A stretch of 64,000 nt of DNA from a virus. Lineage: Duplodnaviria > Caudoviricetes. Positions 20,742 to 34,600 of this stretch are shown piece after piece (position 1 is the stretch's first letter; every line of letters begins with the position of its first letter). A program made the translations under genes and the position numbers. The stretch spans positions 1-64,000 of the IMG/VR virus record IMGVR_UViG_2888055400_000002; one strand, 5' to 3'. The notes under the pieces were generated by a model. It was not told where the DNA came from, ran no database searches, and saw only the letters and a program-made list of their open reading frames with translations.

Positions 20742-21101
20742 TTTTTTTGCTTTTTTAAAAATGAAGGAATTAAAAGCGTAAAGTGATATCAACATTCACT
20801 GTTTTCTTTAAAGAGAGCGTTTGAAAGATATGATGGCATCATCTTAAATTGCGCGTTAATCTTTTAAAGGCAATGTAAACAAATCTCATTCTGTTTAAGA
20901 TGGGATTTCTTAAAAGCCTTAAAGCAATCCAAATGAGAGTGTTTAAAAGTGCAAGGCTTCTCTTTTTAGAAGATCGCATGATAAATCGTTCCTTTAAGAT
21001 TGTACATAATCATCTTTAACAAGAGAGTATAGATATAAACTCTATACCCCTTGTAAGATGTGCATACCCATCATGTAAAATGTGAGCATGCTTTCTTAAG
21101 T

Positions 21102-24100
21102 CTATTCAGTTTCTCTTAATTCCAATTTGGGGAGGTTCTTAACAATCTTCATTGTTTCTAAACTTACCGTAATAACCCTTTGAAACAATTCCAATGGATA
21201 AGCAGGGTTGCCAATGGTTTCAACCGCATAGCAATTGGCATCATTAACAATGCCACTCTTTTTATCAGTCTTTACGCATTGCCGACCCATAACCCATTCA
21301 AGAGCGGGCTTGCCATTTACGATATACTCATAAGCTTCAAGAGGGATATCTGTTATTGTGATATTATTGTTATAAAAAACAGTAGTTTTATCTTTTTCCT
21401 TACTATTGCCAGCAAATTTCATTTCTGTAACATAATAGAATTTCTCAGGGTTCTTGATATCTGTAAGTTTTGGATTGCCTTTTTTAAAGGTCACAGGATA
21501 AGGTTCTACAGTTTCATAATTGACGTGCAAATTGCCTAATTCACGCCCTGCTGTAACAAACATCCAAAAATCTTTAGCACTCTTTACGCAAGGGATGCGA
21601 GGGAGCTCTTTAGAGAGGTTATCAGCATAGCGAGCACGGTAATCTTCCGAGTGTAAAATCCCGTAAACATAATAGAAGATATCATCCTTAGTTATGGTTT
21701 CATTAGGATAAGCAGCTTTAAAATGTGCTAATCCTTCATCAGTGATGGCATCACGGCGTTGTAAACCAGAGGTTTTGATTTCTTCTGTAGAATTTGTAAA
21801 TAAATGAGATTGGCTATTACTTCTATTTTTTGAAAGTATAGTATCTTCGTAAAGGTACAATGAAAAACATTGGCTACCACATCTATCATATTCAAATCAG
21901 GTAAATTTTTACTCATCAAAGCAGAAAAACCACTTCGTGCTCCTGTTCCTGTAATTTGTATTACTCTATTATCAACCACTTTTCCCATAGGGAATATACG
22001 AGGCATTTGATAAACCATTTCATTGAAAGTACGATTGTAATAGAGCCATTGTCGTGTAAAAGGACGGTAAAGCTTTGAACTAAGCAATTGTTTTCAAAAT
22101 TCAAAAACTTTTCCTTTAACTAATTGCTGTTTAAGTGCACGACTCCAACTAATTTTTTGTGCATCTGAATTGACAAAAATTATTTACAGCATTTGCACGT
22201 GTTTTATGTTCAGAATGTAAATAGGTATTATTAAAGCGTTCTACTTCGTTATTATAGAAGGCAATCATGTTAGTCATGTTTTTCACTAAAGATTCACGGC
22301 TTGAGTTATATACCCAAACATCACGATTTGTTACCAGCCCAAGAGAGAAAGTTCAAAGAGCTTTTATCATGACCTTTCTTAATACCCATAGCTAGGAATG
22401 TTTCAAAACTGTCATCACGTTGATTTACCAATCACCATGTTTGTCTGGTGTAATAGTTCCAACTTGATTTAGCCGCATACCATCAACACTACTAAGGTAA
22501 TCAGAACGGTGAGTTTTTCTTTTGTTGTAAGATTATTGCCGATATCATGGTAGTAAATTTTACAAGGTTTAGAAACATTAGGATTTTTGATAAATAATGT
22601 TACAGCAATACCGGTCATACTACCATTACCAAAAATATTTTCACCTTCTTGAGCCTTCCCATTGCTTAACATATTTTTGCGAATATCCCCCCGCAAATTA
22701 AGCACATAAATGCTCGTAAATTCTTTGGCTAAAGATTTTCGCAAGCCATCCATTGCTGGTTTTTCTATATAACCAGAACCAGAAACAAAGCCGATAATCC
22801 CAGCATTACTAATACGATCACTTGCCCAACGAATAGCACGAATGTAACTATCATACAAAGCTTGCATATTGGTTGCTTTCGATTGAGCAGCATAAGTCTC
22901 ACGAATACGGTCATCTAAAAGTGGATAAGGAGTGTTTTTTGCGTTGTCATTTTCACTTTTTTGTCTCAAAGAATAAGGAGGATTACCAAAGATAACTTCT
23001 ATATTCAGCTTTTTTTGAAGTTCCAAATAGGCGCTGTTTTCTTCTAGTAACCCTTTCATCAGATCTTGCTTTTCAACCCTCTGAAACGTATCGGTTAATC
23101 CAATATGCTTAAAGGGAATATAATCTCCTTTCATAAGACCATGATAGGTTGCTTCAATATTTATGGCTGCTATGTAATAGGCAAGGCAAAACAATCTCAT
23201 TGGCATGGATGTCATGACGGAATTTATACTCCATATCTTCCGGTTTTATCAGATCTGATTGTAAAAGCCGTGTGATAAAGGTACCTGTTCCCGTAAAGGG
23301 ATCAAGAATAGAAACACCACGGGAGCCCAAACTCTTGCAAATTCTTTGCGTAAAACATCATCAACGGAATGAATGATAAAATCCACAACCTCAACAGGGG
23401 TATAAACAATCCCAAGTCTATCTGTTGTCGTTTTAAATGCCTTGGCAAAAAAGCTTTCATAAAGCGTAATAATGAGATTTTGTCTTGCTTGCGGGGTCGT
23501 AATACCAGAGGCACGTAATTTTACACTGTCATAAAACTCTCTAAGATCCTTTGACTCTTCTTCAATATTTGTCTTGTCTAATTCCTTTAAAATCTTATCC
23601 ATTGCTTGCGAGATGGTATTGTTTTGAACAAATTCATTGCCATCAAACAAACTTCAAACACAGGGCGCGTTACAAGATGCTGTGCTAACATCTCAACTGC
23701 TTCTTCTTGGTTTAATATCACTGTTTAAATTGTTCTTTAATTCAAGATGAAAGCTCTCAAAGGCATGAGAGGCTTCACTCTTTTCATCAGAGAGCATGTT
23801 TTGAAGACGGTTGATATGGTTTTGAGCAATCTCAGCAACATTGCCAGCCCAGTTTTCCCAATAATCCGCAATAGCAAATTTCTTCGTTAGAAGGGTTATG
23901 AGAGCATTACGGAACTCCTTAAAAAAGGGTAATCTTCCTTGTACTCCAATACTCTTAGAAGGTTCATAGGCTGGTTTTCCAATTTTTAATCCCACACTTT
24001 CTGATTTCTCATGGATTGAGATTTTATCTTCAACAGCCGTCATACTGTCTAAGGCAAGAATCTCTAGGGTATGACTTACATCTTGCCCTAAAATCATCTG

Positions 24101-26074
24101 GTTAAGGATAACTTCAAAATTCTCATCATGAGCAAGCAAAGCATTGATCACTTGCCAAACAACCTTGTATCTCTTGTTGTGTCTTAAAGCTTGCTCAGCA
24201 GAAATCCCCGCAGGAACTCCAACGGGTAGAATGATATAACCTCTCTTTTTTCCTTTGGCACGACGCATGATACGTCCCACCGCCTGTATGACATCAACAT
24301 GACTTTTGCGGGGATGGAGAAACATGACCGCATCAAGAGCAGGGACATCCACACCTTCAGAGAGACAACGAACATTGGTTAAGACACGGCAGGTATTTTC
24401 CCCCGCATCTTCTTTAAGCCAGTCAAGAGCTTGATTACGTTTTTTTGCACTTTGTTTTCCGTCAATATGTTCAAATCTACAATGAAGAGGGGAGGTCTTT
24501 TTATAGCTTTCATAAAGAGTCCGTAATTCATCCTGAATTTCATCAGAATTAAAGGTATCACGAATGCGTTCAGAGGTTTTAATATCTTTACAAAAAGCCA
24601 AAGCACGGCGCATGGGATTAGGGTCATCACTGAGATCAACCTTCAGATCGATTTTACTCAGAGCTTGATAACAGCCCACAATCTTTGTCTTATCATCAAG
24701 AATAAGTTCATAATTATCATCGGTCATAAGATGTTGAATGGATTGGGCTACTGCTTCTTCATTCACACCCAAAACAATAATCTTATAAGGTGCTAAAAGG
24801 TTATTCTGAACGGCTTTTGAAAAGGTATAAGTATAAAGGTTTTTGCCATAGAGCTCTTCATCATCCATAGAAGCCAGAACAGCATTAATCTCATTGGCTT
24901 GTTTCTTGGCATTATCGGTAAAGATCTTTGGAGTTGCCGTCATATAGAGACGTTTTTTGCCTTGTATAATGCTGTTGTCATGAACCTTGACAAATTCAGA
25001 TTCACTGTTGTCTGTACCCAACACAGCACCCGTGGTTCTATGGGCTTCATCACAAATGATCAGATCAAATTCAGGTAAATGATATTTCTTTTGAGCATCC
25101 GATATCACTTGGATTGAATGATAAGTTGAAAAGATAACAGTCATGACATCAGCAGAAGTCTTATTGGCTTTGCTAGCAAGCTGTTTTGCATCTGTTGTAG
25201 CAGGCAGGGCAAGATCAGAAGTATCAAGACCAGCATCATCATCTTGGTTTTTACGCCGCTTGCCAACTTGTGTATCAGAACATACAGCAAAGGAACGCAA
25301 GGGTACCTCTGTATCACTTGTCCATTCTCTTATCGTTTGAGACATGAGAGCAAGAGAAGGCACTAAAAACAAAACACGCTTACCTTTTCCGGCTATTTGT
25401 TCTGCTATCTTGAGACTGGTGAAGGTTTTTCCCGTTCCACACGCCATAATCAGCTTGCCACGGTCTGCTTCTTGTAAACCCTCACAAACAGCTTCAAGGG
25501 CTTCTTTCTGATGATCTAAAAGCTTTTTCTTCGTTTGCTCTTTAAGGACAACCGTTTCTTTTCCTTCAAAACGACTCCAATCGATTTGACTGTTTTCTAA
25601 ATCAAACAAATTAATCTGTTGAATGCGAACTTCTTGACCTTCACAGGTGTGAGAAGCATTATCACTCCAATCACTTTCCGTGCTATCGATAAGAAGTCGA
25701 CGGGTGAAGATCTTTTTGCCAGAGGCAGCAATAAAACTATCAATATCTTCTTTTTTAATGCAATGGGAAGCATTATAGCATTTACATTGAATAGCAACAT
25801 AGCCTCCTTCATCACGAATTTTAGCGACTAGATCAATGCCAATATCCCGTCCATCTTCTCCACGCTCTTTAGCCCATTCACAATAAGTTTGAACCTGTTC
25901 ATATTCTTGGCATTGCAGAGGATCTTGCGTCAAATAAGCCATGACAAGGTTTTCAAAGAGAGTTCCCAATTCACGGGGTGATTTTGCTTTTTGACGGTAG
26001 GATTGTAAGAGAGAGCGTAAAGAAGATTGTTTGTAATCAGACTTGAGGGTTTGAAGCATTATGAGAAACTCCAT
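21102..26074 (-). pseudogene. Type ISP (LlaGI/LlaBIII-like) restriction-modification enzyme: Mrr-type nuclease + SF2 helicase + N6-MTase + TRD; many frameshifts
   Basis: GIDLVA..AIQCK nuclease; MACGTGKT, DEAH, TATP, QAVGR helicase motifs; GIVYTP, GNPPY MTase; YIVNGKPALEWV C-terminal domain; split over at least five ORFs. Confidence 0.9.
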
Positions 26075-26380
26075 AGTCTTATGACATTAATTTATTACCT
26101 TCGAAAGAATCGAAATGGAGTTTATTAAATACATTTAGAACAAATATCGAGTCTGAAATGGGCGAAAACCGCCAAAAAAGCTATAAAATGCGTCAAAAAA
26201 ATTTAACAAGATGCAATCAAGATGCATTTATAAACAGCCTATAAAAAGTAAACTACTGAAATTTGCTATTCATTTTACGTCAATCAAGACGACTCCAATA
26301 TGTGCCTTTAAAAGTTCAAATATGCAATTTTGAAGAGTTTTATGATCACTCTAACCATAAAGAATTGTCAGTTAAGATTT

Positions 26381-26575
26381 ACCGACAAAAATTGACAAAA
26401 GCAGACAAAACTCAAGTCACTGATTGTCTATTTTACTCACATGGCTTTTATGCATGAGATTGCAAAAAATTGTATAATGCTAACCTATTGAAATAAAATG
26501 TTTTTATTTTTTCTCATTAAAAAAATAAAAGTACGACCAGAAGGGACCGACAAAACTGTCAAAAGATACAAAACT
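26381..26575. repeat. Phased GACAAAA repeats with an IHF-like site (att-like relic)
   Basis: ACCGACAAAA-ATTGACAAAA-GCAGACAAAA (26381-26410); TAACCTATTGAAA near 26481; GACCAGAAGGGACCGACAAAA near 26535-26555. Confidence 0.5.
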
Positions 26576-26888
26576 TTTTTTACAAAAGAACTCTGATTAT
26601 TTTCTTTGGAGAAAGGCTAGTTGATGAGCATGCCATTGAATAAAGAGTTTTGCAGGATTAGGATTATTGTTTAAGGGTGGAAAGGGTTTTAATTTTTGCT
26701 TTATGGGGGTGGGATAAGCGTTTAGTGGCATAGAATAAATATGGGGAAAAGATTTTTTACACTTGAGTGAGAACAAGATATTGTGCTATTCGCAGCTGTC
26801 TTTGAATAGTCATTGCGTTTTGATCAAGTATTTTAGTTGCTTTTAAAGCAATGCTTACAGAAAAAGCAAAAGTGGGGGGCAATCTGTA

Positions 26889-28655
26889 TTGTTTTTGGGA
26901 TTTTTACGCCAAAGTTCTCTTTTGAGAATTTTTCGTGCCATTTTTGTTTTATTGGGCATGTTTACAGGTGTAAGTGTTTATGCGCGCTCCTTAGCTTTTT
27001 TACACTCCCCTACAGATAATTTTTCTCGCCAACAATCTGAGAAGCAACGATTAGAAAGAATTGAGAATTTACGCGCTTTAACGCCTAAAAGGATCAAGAC
27101 GCCTTCAGAGCAAAATCCAGAAACGCTTTTGGGTGGGAAACAATGTTTTCCAATTCATGCTATTGTTGTTGAGGGAGTGCATCATGTCAAAAAGCGCTCT
27201 ATATCAGCCGTAACAGAGCCTTATGTTGGAAGATGTATCGGTCTTGTCGATATTCAGCTCTTAATCAAGCAGTTAACCAAAGTTTATTTGGATCAAGGCT
27301 ATGTGACGGCGCGTTTTTATATTCCTGATCAAGATATCAAAAATAGCAAGACACTCAAATTTGTTGTTGTTGAGGGAAAGCTTTCAGATATTTATTATAA
27401 TGGTTTACCGGCATCTCGTTATAACACTGTTGTGTGGAGCGCTTTTCCTGGGCTTAAAGGTCATGTTCTGAACATGCGCGATATTGAACAGGGGCTTGAT
27501 CAGATCAACAGACTTCAGTCAGCGCATGCCAAAAGTGAACTTCTACCGGGGCGTGAAGATGGTGGTACCATTGTTAATATTAGCAATCACCCTGAGAAAG
27601 CTTTTAAGGTTACTGTTTCTCATGACAATATGGGGCAATCCTCCACCGGTTATGCGCGTTATAGTGCAGGCTTAAAGGGTGAAAATATTTTAGGGATGAA
27701 TGATGCGTGGGATTTTGGTTATCAACGCAGTGAGACAGATTATTGGGGTGGGAGCAAGCAAGAAGGACATAGCAATAATTTTTCAGCGAGTGTGAGTATT
27801 CCTTACGGTTATTGGACTTTTGGATTGAATGGCACTGTTTATAATTACCAAAGCATTATCCCTGGCAATTTTACCGATATTGAGACGACGGGGGATTCCA
27901 GTGAGTTACACGCCAGTACAAGCAGGGTTCTTCACCGCGATAGTGTTTCGCTTACAACCTTGAATTTAGGTCTTTCTTATAAAAGAACCAACAATTACCT
28001 TCTTGGCAATAAGATAGAGGTTGGTAGCCGTCAATATAGCGTCGCTAATTTTGGGATTTCGCATTCGCGCCAGATGTTGGGTGGGACATGGACCTTTGAT
28101 GTGAGTTATTTGCAAGGGCTCCCCTTGTTTCATTCAGTAAAGAAACATGCTCCAGGGGCAGGGGATGGCGAGCCACAATTTTCTAAATTTACCGGCACAC
28201 TTAGTGTCATGACGCCTTTTAAGGTAGGGGGCTTGGATTTTATACTGAGCAATCTTTTGAGTGGTCAATATTCCCCGCATAATTTATTGGGTGCGGAACA
28301 GATTTCGTTGGGTGGCGCTTCCAATGTTCGTGGAACGCGTGAGAGTTTGCTTTTTGGCAATAATGGTTTTTTTAGCCGTAATGATTTGTCTTTGCGCACC
28401 ATTCCGTGGAGCAACAGCGCTTCTCTGAAAAAGGTTTTGGGGGAACTTCGTCCCTTTGTTGGTTTGGACTATGGGCGTGTGTTTTCGCAAGCCTTGTATG
28501 GAATGACCGGTGAACAGCTTGCCGGTTGGACAGCAGGTGTCAAGCTTGCGGGGGGCATGGTCTCTCTTGATGCCAGTTATTCCAGTATTTTTTGGAGCAC
28601 AGTTAAGCACAAAAAATCAGGAACATTTTTTATGACATTAACAATGGAACTTTAA
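26889..28655 (+). CDS. fhaC: Two-partner secretion transporter (ShlB/FhaC/HecB; CdiB-like)
   Basis: POTRA CFPIHAIVVEG..YLDQGYVTAR..VVEG; IEQGLDQINRL; loop-6 variant VRGT; immediately upstream of a TpsA gene. Confidence 0.93.
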   Translation: MFLGFLRQSSLLRIFRAIFVLLGMFTGVSVYARSLAFLHSPTDNFSRQQSEKQRLERIENLRALTPKRIKTPSEQNPETLLGGKQCFPIHAIVVEGVHHVKKRSISAVTEPYVGRCIGLVDIQLLIKQLTKVYLDQGYVTARFYIPDQDIKNSKTLKFVVVEGKLSDIYYNGLPASRYNTVVWSAFPGLKGHVLNMRDIEQGLDQINRLQSAHAKSELLPGREDGGTIVNISNHPEKAFKVTVSHDNMGQSSTGYARYSAGLKGENILGMNDAWDFGYQRSETDYWGGSKQEGHSNNFSASVSIPYGYWTFGLNGTVYNYQSIIPGNFTDIETTGDSSELHASTSRVLHRDSVSLTTLNLGLSYKRTNNYLLGNKIEVGSRQYSVANFGISHSRQMLGGTWTFDVSYLQGLPLFHSVKKHAPGAGDGEPQFSKFTGTLSVMTPFKVGGLDFILSNLLSGQYSPHNLLGAEQISLGGASNVRGTRESLLFGNNGFFSRNDLSLRTIPWSNSASLKKVLGELRPFVGLDYGRVFSQALYGMTGEQLAGWTAGVKLAGGMVSLDASYSSIFWSTVKHKKSGTFFMTLTMEL

Positions 28656-28680
28656 GCGTTTTTTATTGGGGAGTTAACGT

Positions 28681-31600
28681 ATGAGATATGAGAAGAGAGC
28701 AAACAGAGCAGCTTTATTAGGTGTTTTAGTCTCCAGTACGATGCTCAAAAAGGTTTTTCTAGGTGGGATAGGTTTTTCTTGTTTGTTAGCACCTTCAGTG
28801 GTTCAGGCGCAAATTACTTCTGATCCTAACGCAGGTAGCGCATATCGTCCGGATATAGTGGCAGCGCCCAATGGGGTTCCCTCGATTGATATTGTCACAC
28901 CCAACGGCAAGGGCTTATCGCACAATAAATATTACGATTTTAATATTGGCAATCTAGGTGTTATTTTCAACAATCATGCGCAAGAAGTAGGGCAATCGCA
29001 GTTGGGGGGCATTATGCCGGGCAATCCGCATTTGCGTTTCACGGGTTCAGCGAAAGTGATTTTAAATGAAGTGACCAGCGGTAAACGCAGCGCGCTTAAT
29101 GGTCCAGCGGAAGTTTTTGGGCGCCAAGCTGATGTGATTATAGCCAATCCCAATGGCATAAGTTGTGATGGTTGTGGTTTTATCAATACGCCCCATGCGA
29201 CCTTAACCACGGGTGTCCCCGAAATTGATGCGAGTGGTTTTTTGAAAGGCTTTGAGGTGCGAGGTGGGGACATCACCTTTGGAGCAAAGGGAGCCAATTT
29301 TTTCTCTGGCAAGGGGGCTGTTGATATTGTTGATATTGTTTCACGCACGGTGCATTTTGAAGGAGCTGTTGCGGGCAAGGATATTGGGGTGAGTGCTGGG
29401 ACGGGGCATTTTGATTATGCTTCTCGTCAAATGAAGGAGCTCACCGATATTACCGGCAAACCGGAATATGCGATAGATGGGTCAGCTTTAGGGGCTCTAC
29501 AGGCGGATCAGATTAAACTTGTAGCGACAGAACAAGGCGTTGGCGTTCGGATGCGTCATGATATGGCGGCGAATGCGGGGCAGTTGCAGCTTTCTGCTGA
29601 TGGAAAAATTTCCTTAAAAAATGTTTTTGGTCATGGGGGTGTTGTTCTTCAATCAAAGAGCAAGAGCGTGTTGGCAAAAAGCGTCACATCGAAAAAACAT
29701 ATTGAGATTGCAGCCAAAAAAGATGTCACATTAGAGATGGTTGGCGCCGATGGTGATTTGAAAGTAGAGGCGCAGGGGGGGCTTTTATCGATTGCAGGCA
29801 AGGCAACATCTGGAGGCAATATGGAGTTGTTTTCGCTTGATGCTATGAAAGTTTCTGGTCTTGGTTCTGGTGCTGATATAGCTCTTGAAGCGGGTGGAGA
29901 TTTGAAGCTTGAGGGGGTCGTGTTAGCTGAAGGAAACCTTAAGGCACATGCTGGTGGTGATATCCAAGCTGGTCTTTTAGCTGGTGGGGTTGATATGGCA
30001 GCAACGGGTGCTGCTGGTGTTGTTGTTCTTGGTGCCCAAGGAGATGTTGATCTTCAAAGTGTGGGAGGGAGAATTAACGCCGCAAACATTTATGGGGCAG
30101 GAGATGTGACCCTAGTTTCGTATGATGGGCTTTTTGTTTCCCAATCGATATTGTCTCACCAAAATGTAGCAATCCATGCACAACTAAACACAAATGCCCC
30201 TGTTCATTTTGGACAAGTTTTAGCCTATGGCAAGGCCAATATTGAGGGTGGGGCGGTTGATTTTGCTTCGCTGATGACGGGCGGTGATGCCGTTTTAACG
30301 GTAGGCAGCCTTGATGCAGGCACACTGATGACAGGTTTAGATTTTGTTAGCTCTCAAGTGAGCCCTTCGAATCCTTCCGGTGCTCTTGTTTTTTATGACA
30401 AAGGTTCCCTTTCTATCACGGCACAAAGGGGCATAAAGGTTGAACATATTATCAGTGGTGGCAATATTGATCTTTTTGCTGGCGACGACATTTATTACGA
30501 TCAGGTCATTGGCTATGGCACAGCAACATTGACATCGGTATCAGGAGGGATCAGTGTTGAGAATGTGCTGTCTGCTAAGGGGGATGTGAGATTGACAGCA
30601 AATACTCTCGATTTAAGCAATGATCGTTCTCATATTTACACGCCGCAAACGTTATTTTTAAATGCGGATCATATTTATGTTTCGGGCAGCACGCTGATTT
30701 ATGGCGGTTTAGATTTTAACAGCACCAATGTTCTTGATATTCACCATGCACGGCTACAAGCCATTACCACTGAGGGGGGAACAGGAGATATTCTCTTTGT
30801 TGCTCCAGGCGTTATGGTGGATGAGACTACATCGGTTTTAGCGGCACGAGATTTTGTGATCAAAACGGGCCGTTTAGAGAATAGCGGTCAATTAGCAGCA
30901 GGGCAGGATTTAGCCTTTAGCGTGACGGGGGATGTGACCAACAGCAAAACGGGCTTAATTTATGTGAAGGGCAATGGTGCTCTCAAAGTTGATGGCACTG
31001 TGTTGAATGATTTTGGCGCCATAATAGCAGAGGGTGATTTGTTTTTTACCAATGCAGATGGCACAGGAAAGAGCCTTTCCCTTGTCAATAAAGCAGGCTT
31101 TATTCAAGCCGGTGGCAACTTAAATATCCAAACCAACACCCTCAAAAACGAAGCCGATAGCACGCCTGTTATCACGGAAAAAACGGAATATAGCGATATT
31201 TCATTCGAAAGATCAAAGGGTTCTGATCAGCTCAGTGATGGGATGTTATATCATGATACGAGATTGAATAGCTGGGGCAAAGGAAAGCTTTCTAAGTGGC
31301 CGGTATTGAGTGACACGAAGAACTTTATATTTAAACAGCAGATTTGGGCGAGCAAAGAAGAAACCTATGGCAAAACAACATTGAAAGACGGAACAGTTTA
31401 TAAGGCATTTACTTGGGAATATAATGATAACAGAAAAGGCATAGAACAGTATTCCTGGAATGGTGATAGATGGAGAGAAGGATTCTTGGGGCTCTCGTTC
31501 CTAAACGAAAACTGGTCACACATGACAGAAGAAACTGTCACGCAAGAGTTTTCGCATAAACCCACTGTTTCGGGGATGATAGAGTCTCACGGCAATCTGA

Positions 31601-34600
31601 TCATTAACGCTGATAGCATTGACAACCATTATAGCATTATAAGAGCGGAAGGAAATGCCGATATTCACGCCAATGTGCTCACCAATTTAGGGGCAACAGC
31701 TTATAAAAACACCTATATGCATTGTAATGCAAACACAGATGCTTATTGTTATGGCTATCAAGCTGATGGAAGCCGCGATGTTTCTTTAGATATAGCCAAT
31801 GGCAAGTATCGCCAAACTGGCTCAGAAGCTTTGGAGAGCGTTCCTGGTCTTGTCCAAGCGGGTGGCACGTTGAATTTGGTGGTCGATCAACTCCACAACA
31901 CGGCAGCGGAAGGTTCGATTACAGGGGATGCGCATTTTGAGGCAAAAGCCGTTGGGGGTGATCCACTAGGGGCGCTGAGCGGTTTGACTGGGGCTGGTGC
32001 TTTGTTTACGCCAAATATCGCCTTAGATGGTACAGCTGGTGTTTCGGATGGGAGTTCATTGCCTTTACCAAAACCCCAATCGGGTGGAATTGGGGGCACG
32101 CTACCCAACCAGAATTTCCTTTATGAAACGCGGGCAGAATTCCTTGATGTTGGCAAGTTTTATGGCTCAGCCTATTATTTGAACAGAATTGGCTACAAAC
32201 CTGATCGGGAGATTTTTTTCTTAGGCGATGCTTATTTTGAAAAGCAATTGATTGAGAAACAAATGCGTGATCTGGTTGGTCAGGGTTTGGGAAAAGGTTC
32301 CTTTATTCCTGGAAGTGATGCTATTGAACAAGTCAAAACCTTGCTTGATGTCGGGGCGGAATATGCAAAAGCACACAATCTCCCTTTTGGTGAGGCTTTG
32401 AGTAAAGAACAATTGGCGTCCCTAGAAGCCCCGATGGTGATTTATGTGCGCCAACAGATCAAGGGCATGGATGTTTATGCACCGGTGCTTTACATCCCTG
32501 AAAAAGACAGAGCCTCCTTTGTTTCTGCTGGTGCTTTGATTATGGGGGATGATGTCAATATCACCAGCCAGAATACAAGCAATTCAATGATAACCAATTC
32601 TGGGCGGATAAATGCAAACCACCAATTGCATGTGCATGGTGGGGATCTCCTCAGTCAAGGGGGGCATTTTGCTGCTGGTGGTGATGCTGTTTTACTTGCG
32701 GAGAAGAATATTCGTTTTGAAGCAGGGCGAACAACGGTTGACGGCGTGGAGACCGTTTTAAACACCGAGGCGCTTTCTACAGGGGGCAATGCGAGCGTGA
32801 TCGCCAAACAAGATCTCACAGCCTCAGGGGTTAAGATCAGCACAGGGGGCGATCTTGCCATGGCCACAGAACAAGGCAACTTGACGATAGGTTCAGCAGA
32901 AACCCACTACCATGATGAACAGGGTGATGCCACCATGCATCATAAATCTGCGTTAAACTCTGGAGGATCGACGACACTTGTCTCTGGAAAAGATTTGAAT
33001 ATCTTAGGCTCTGATGTTCAAGCAACGGATAATCTTTCCTTACAAGCAAAAGGCAACGTTTCGATTGATGCCACGCGCAACAGTGCCAATAGCCATCACG
33101 GGGATCAAACCTCTCATGTTGCCTTACACAATGGCTCTCATTTAAGTTCTGGAAAAGAGACCACGGTTCTCTCTGGAAAAGATATTCATATGGCTGCTTC
33201 CGATATAGATGCCAAGGGCAATGTTGTTCTTGGTGCACAAGGGGAAATAGCGATAGGGGTGAGAGAAGATGAAATGGAGTATCATCTTCGCGCCAACAAC
33301 ACCAAAGTCGATATGCAAGCCTTGATTTCCCAGGGATCAACAATAAAATCTGGAGGCGATACCACTGTCGTTGCAGGGCAGGATGGAAAGAAGCATGATC
33401 TCACCATCACAGGCAGTTCTGTTGCGGCTGATGGCAAGGTGGGGCTAAAAGCCAGCAATGATATTGTGATCACCAATGCAGAGGATAGCTTACATTATGA
33501 GATGTCGTACCATAAAGACGGGGGAACATTCAGCAGCAGCAAATCCGTGCATAACAAGGTGGATGCTGTCCAAGTTTCCGGTTCACTCATATCTGGGGGC
33601 AAAGGCGTTGCCATTGACTCAGGAAACAACACGGAAGTTGTAGCCTCGACGCTCATAGCCGGTAAGGCAGGGGAAACGTCAGGAGAGAAAACACCAGAAG
33701 ATCAGGCAAAAGCGGATATTACCATTCACTCTGGTGGAAATATTGTTATCAAAGGTGCCCAAGAACATTTTGATCAGCAACAGCAATCCTCGTCAAGTAG
33801 CCTTTTGCACGAGGAATCTTCAGATAAATCTGAATCGCACACCACAACGGTTTCCTCTGTTCTAGGTGCGACGGGCAACATTGATATGGAAGCGCAAGGG
33901 GATGCCAAGATTACTGCTTCTCATCTGCTTTCTGGTCAAGACATCAATGTGAGTGCAGAAGATGTGATGATTGATGGCATGACAGACCACCATAGCAGCC
34001 ATTCAGAGGAGCATGAAACGGGTTTTGGCGTGGGATCAGGCAAGGGCTTTGTATCGATATATGGAAGTGAAGGCAAAACGCAAAATGAAGAGAGTTTTGA
34101 ACATCAAGGCTCTTCTTTGAATGCGGATGGCACTCTCAACATCACCGCCAAGAAAAAAGATGTGACAATTGTGGGCTCTGATGTTGAAGGGGAAAATGTT
34201 CATCTTACCGCAGCGCATGATGTTAATGTGCTTGTTGGCCATAATAGCCATAAGTCAAGCTCAAAAGAAGAGCGGGAAGGTTTTGGCATTCAGTTTGAAA
34301 AGAGCAGCAGCAGTGCCTCTGTCGGTGTTGGGGTTGCCAGTGCGAAGGATACGGGTGATGAGTGGGAAACGACCTCTGTTCAATCGCACATCACGGCGAA
34401 GAAAGATGTACAGATCACTGCCGGCAATGATGTGACCATGCAAGCGGCAGATGTTTTGGCGGATCGTGATCTAAATATCGATGCCGGCAATAATGTCACA
34501 CTATCAGAAAGCCATGATATCTCCAATACACAGGAAACCCATGAAAAATCCTTTGCCGGTGTTACAACCACTGTCAATGTGGGTGTTCTTGATACTGTAC

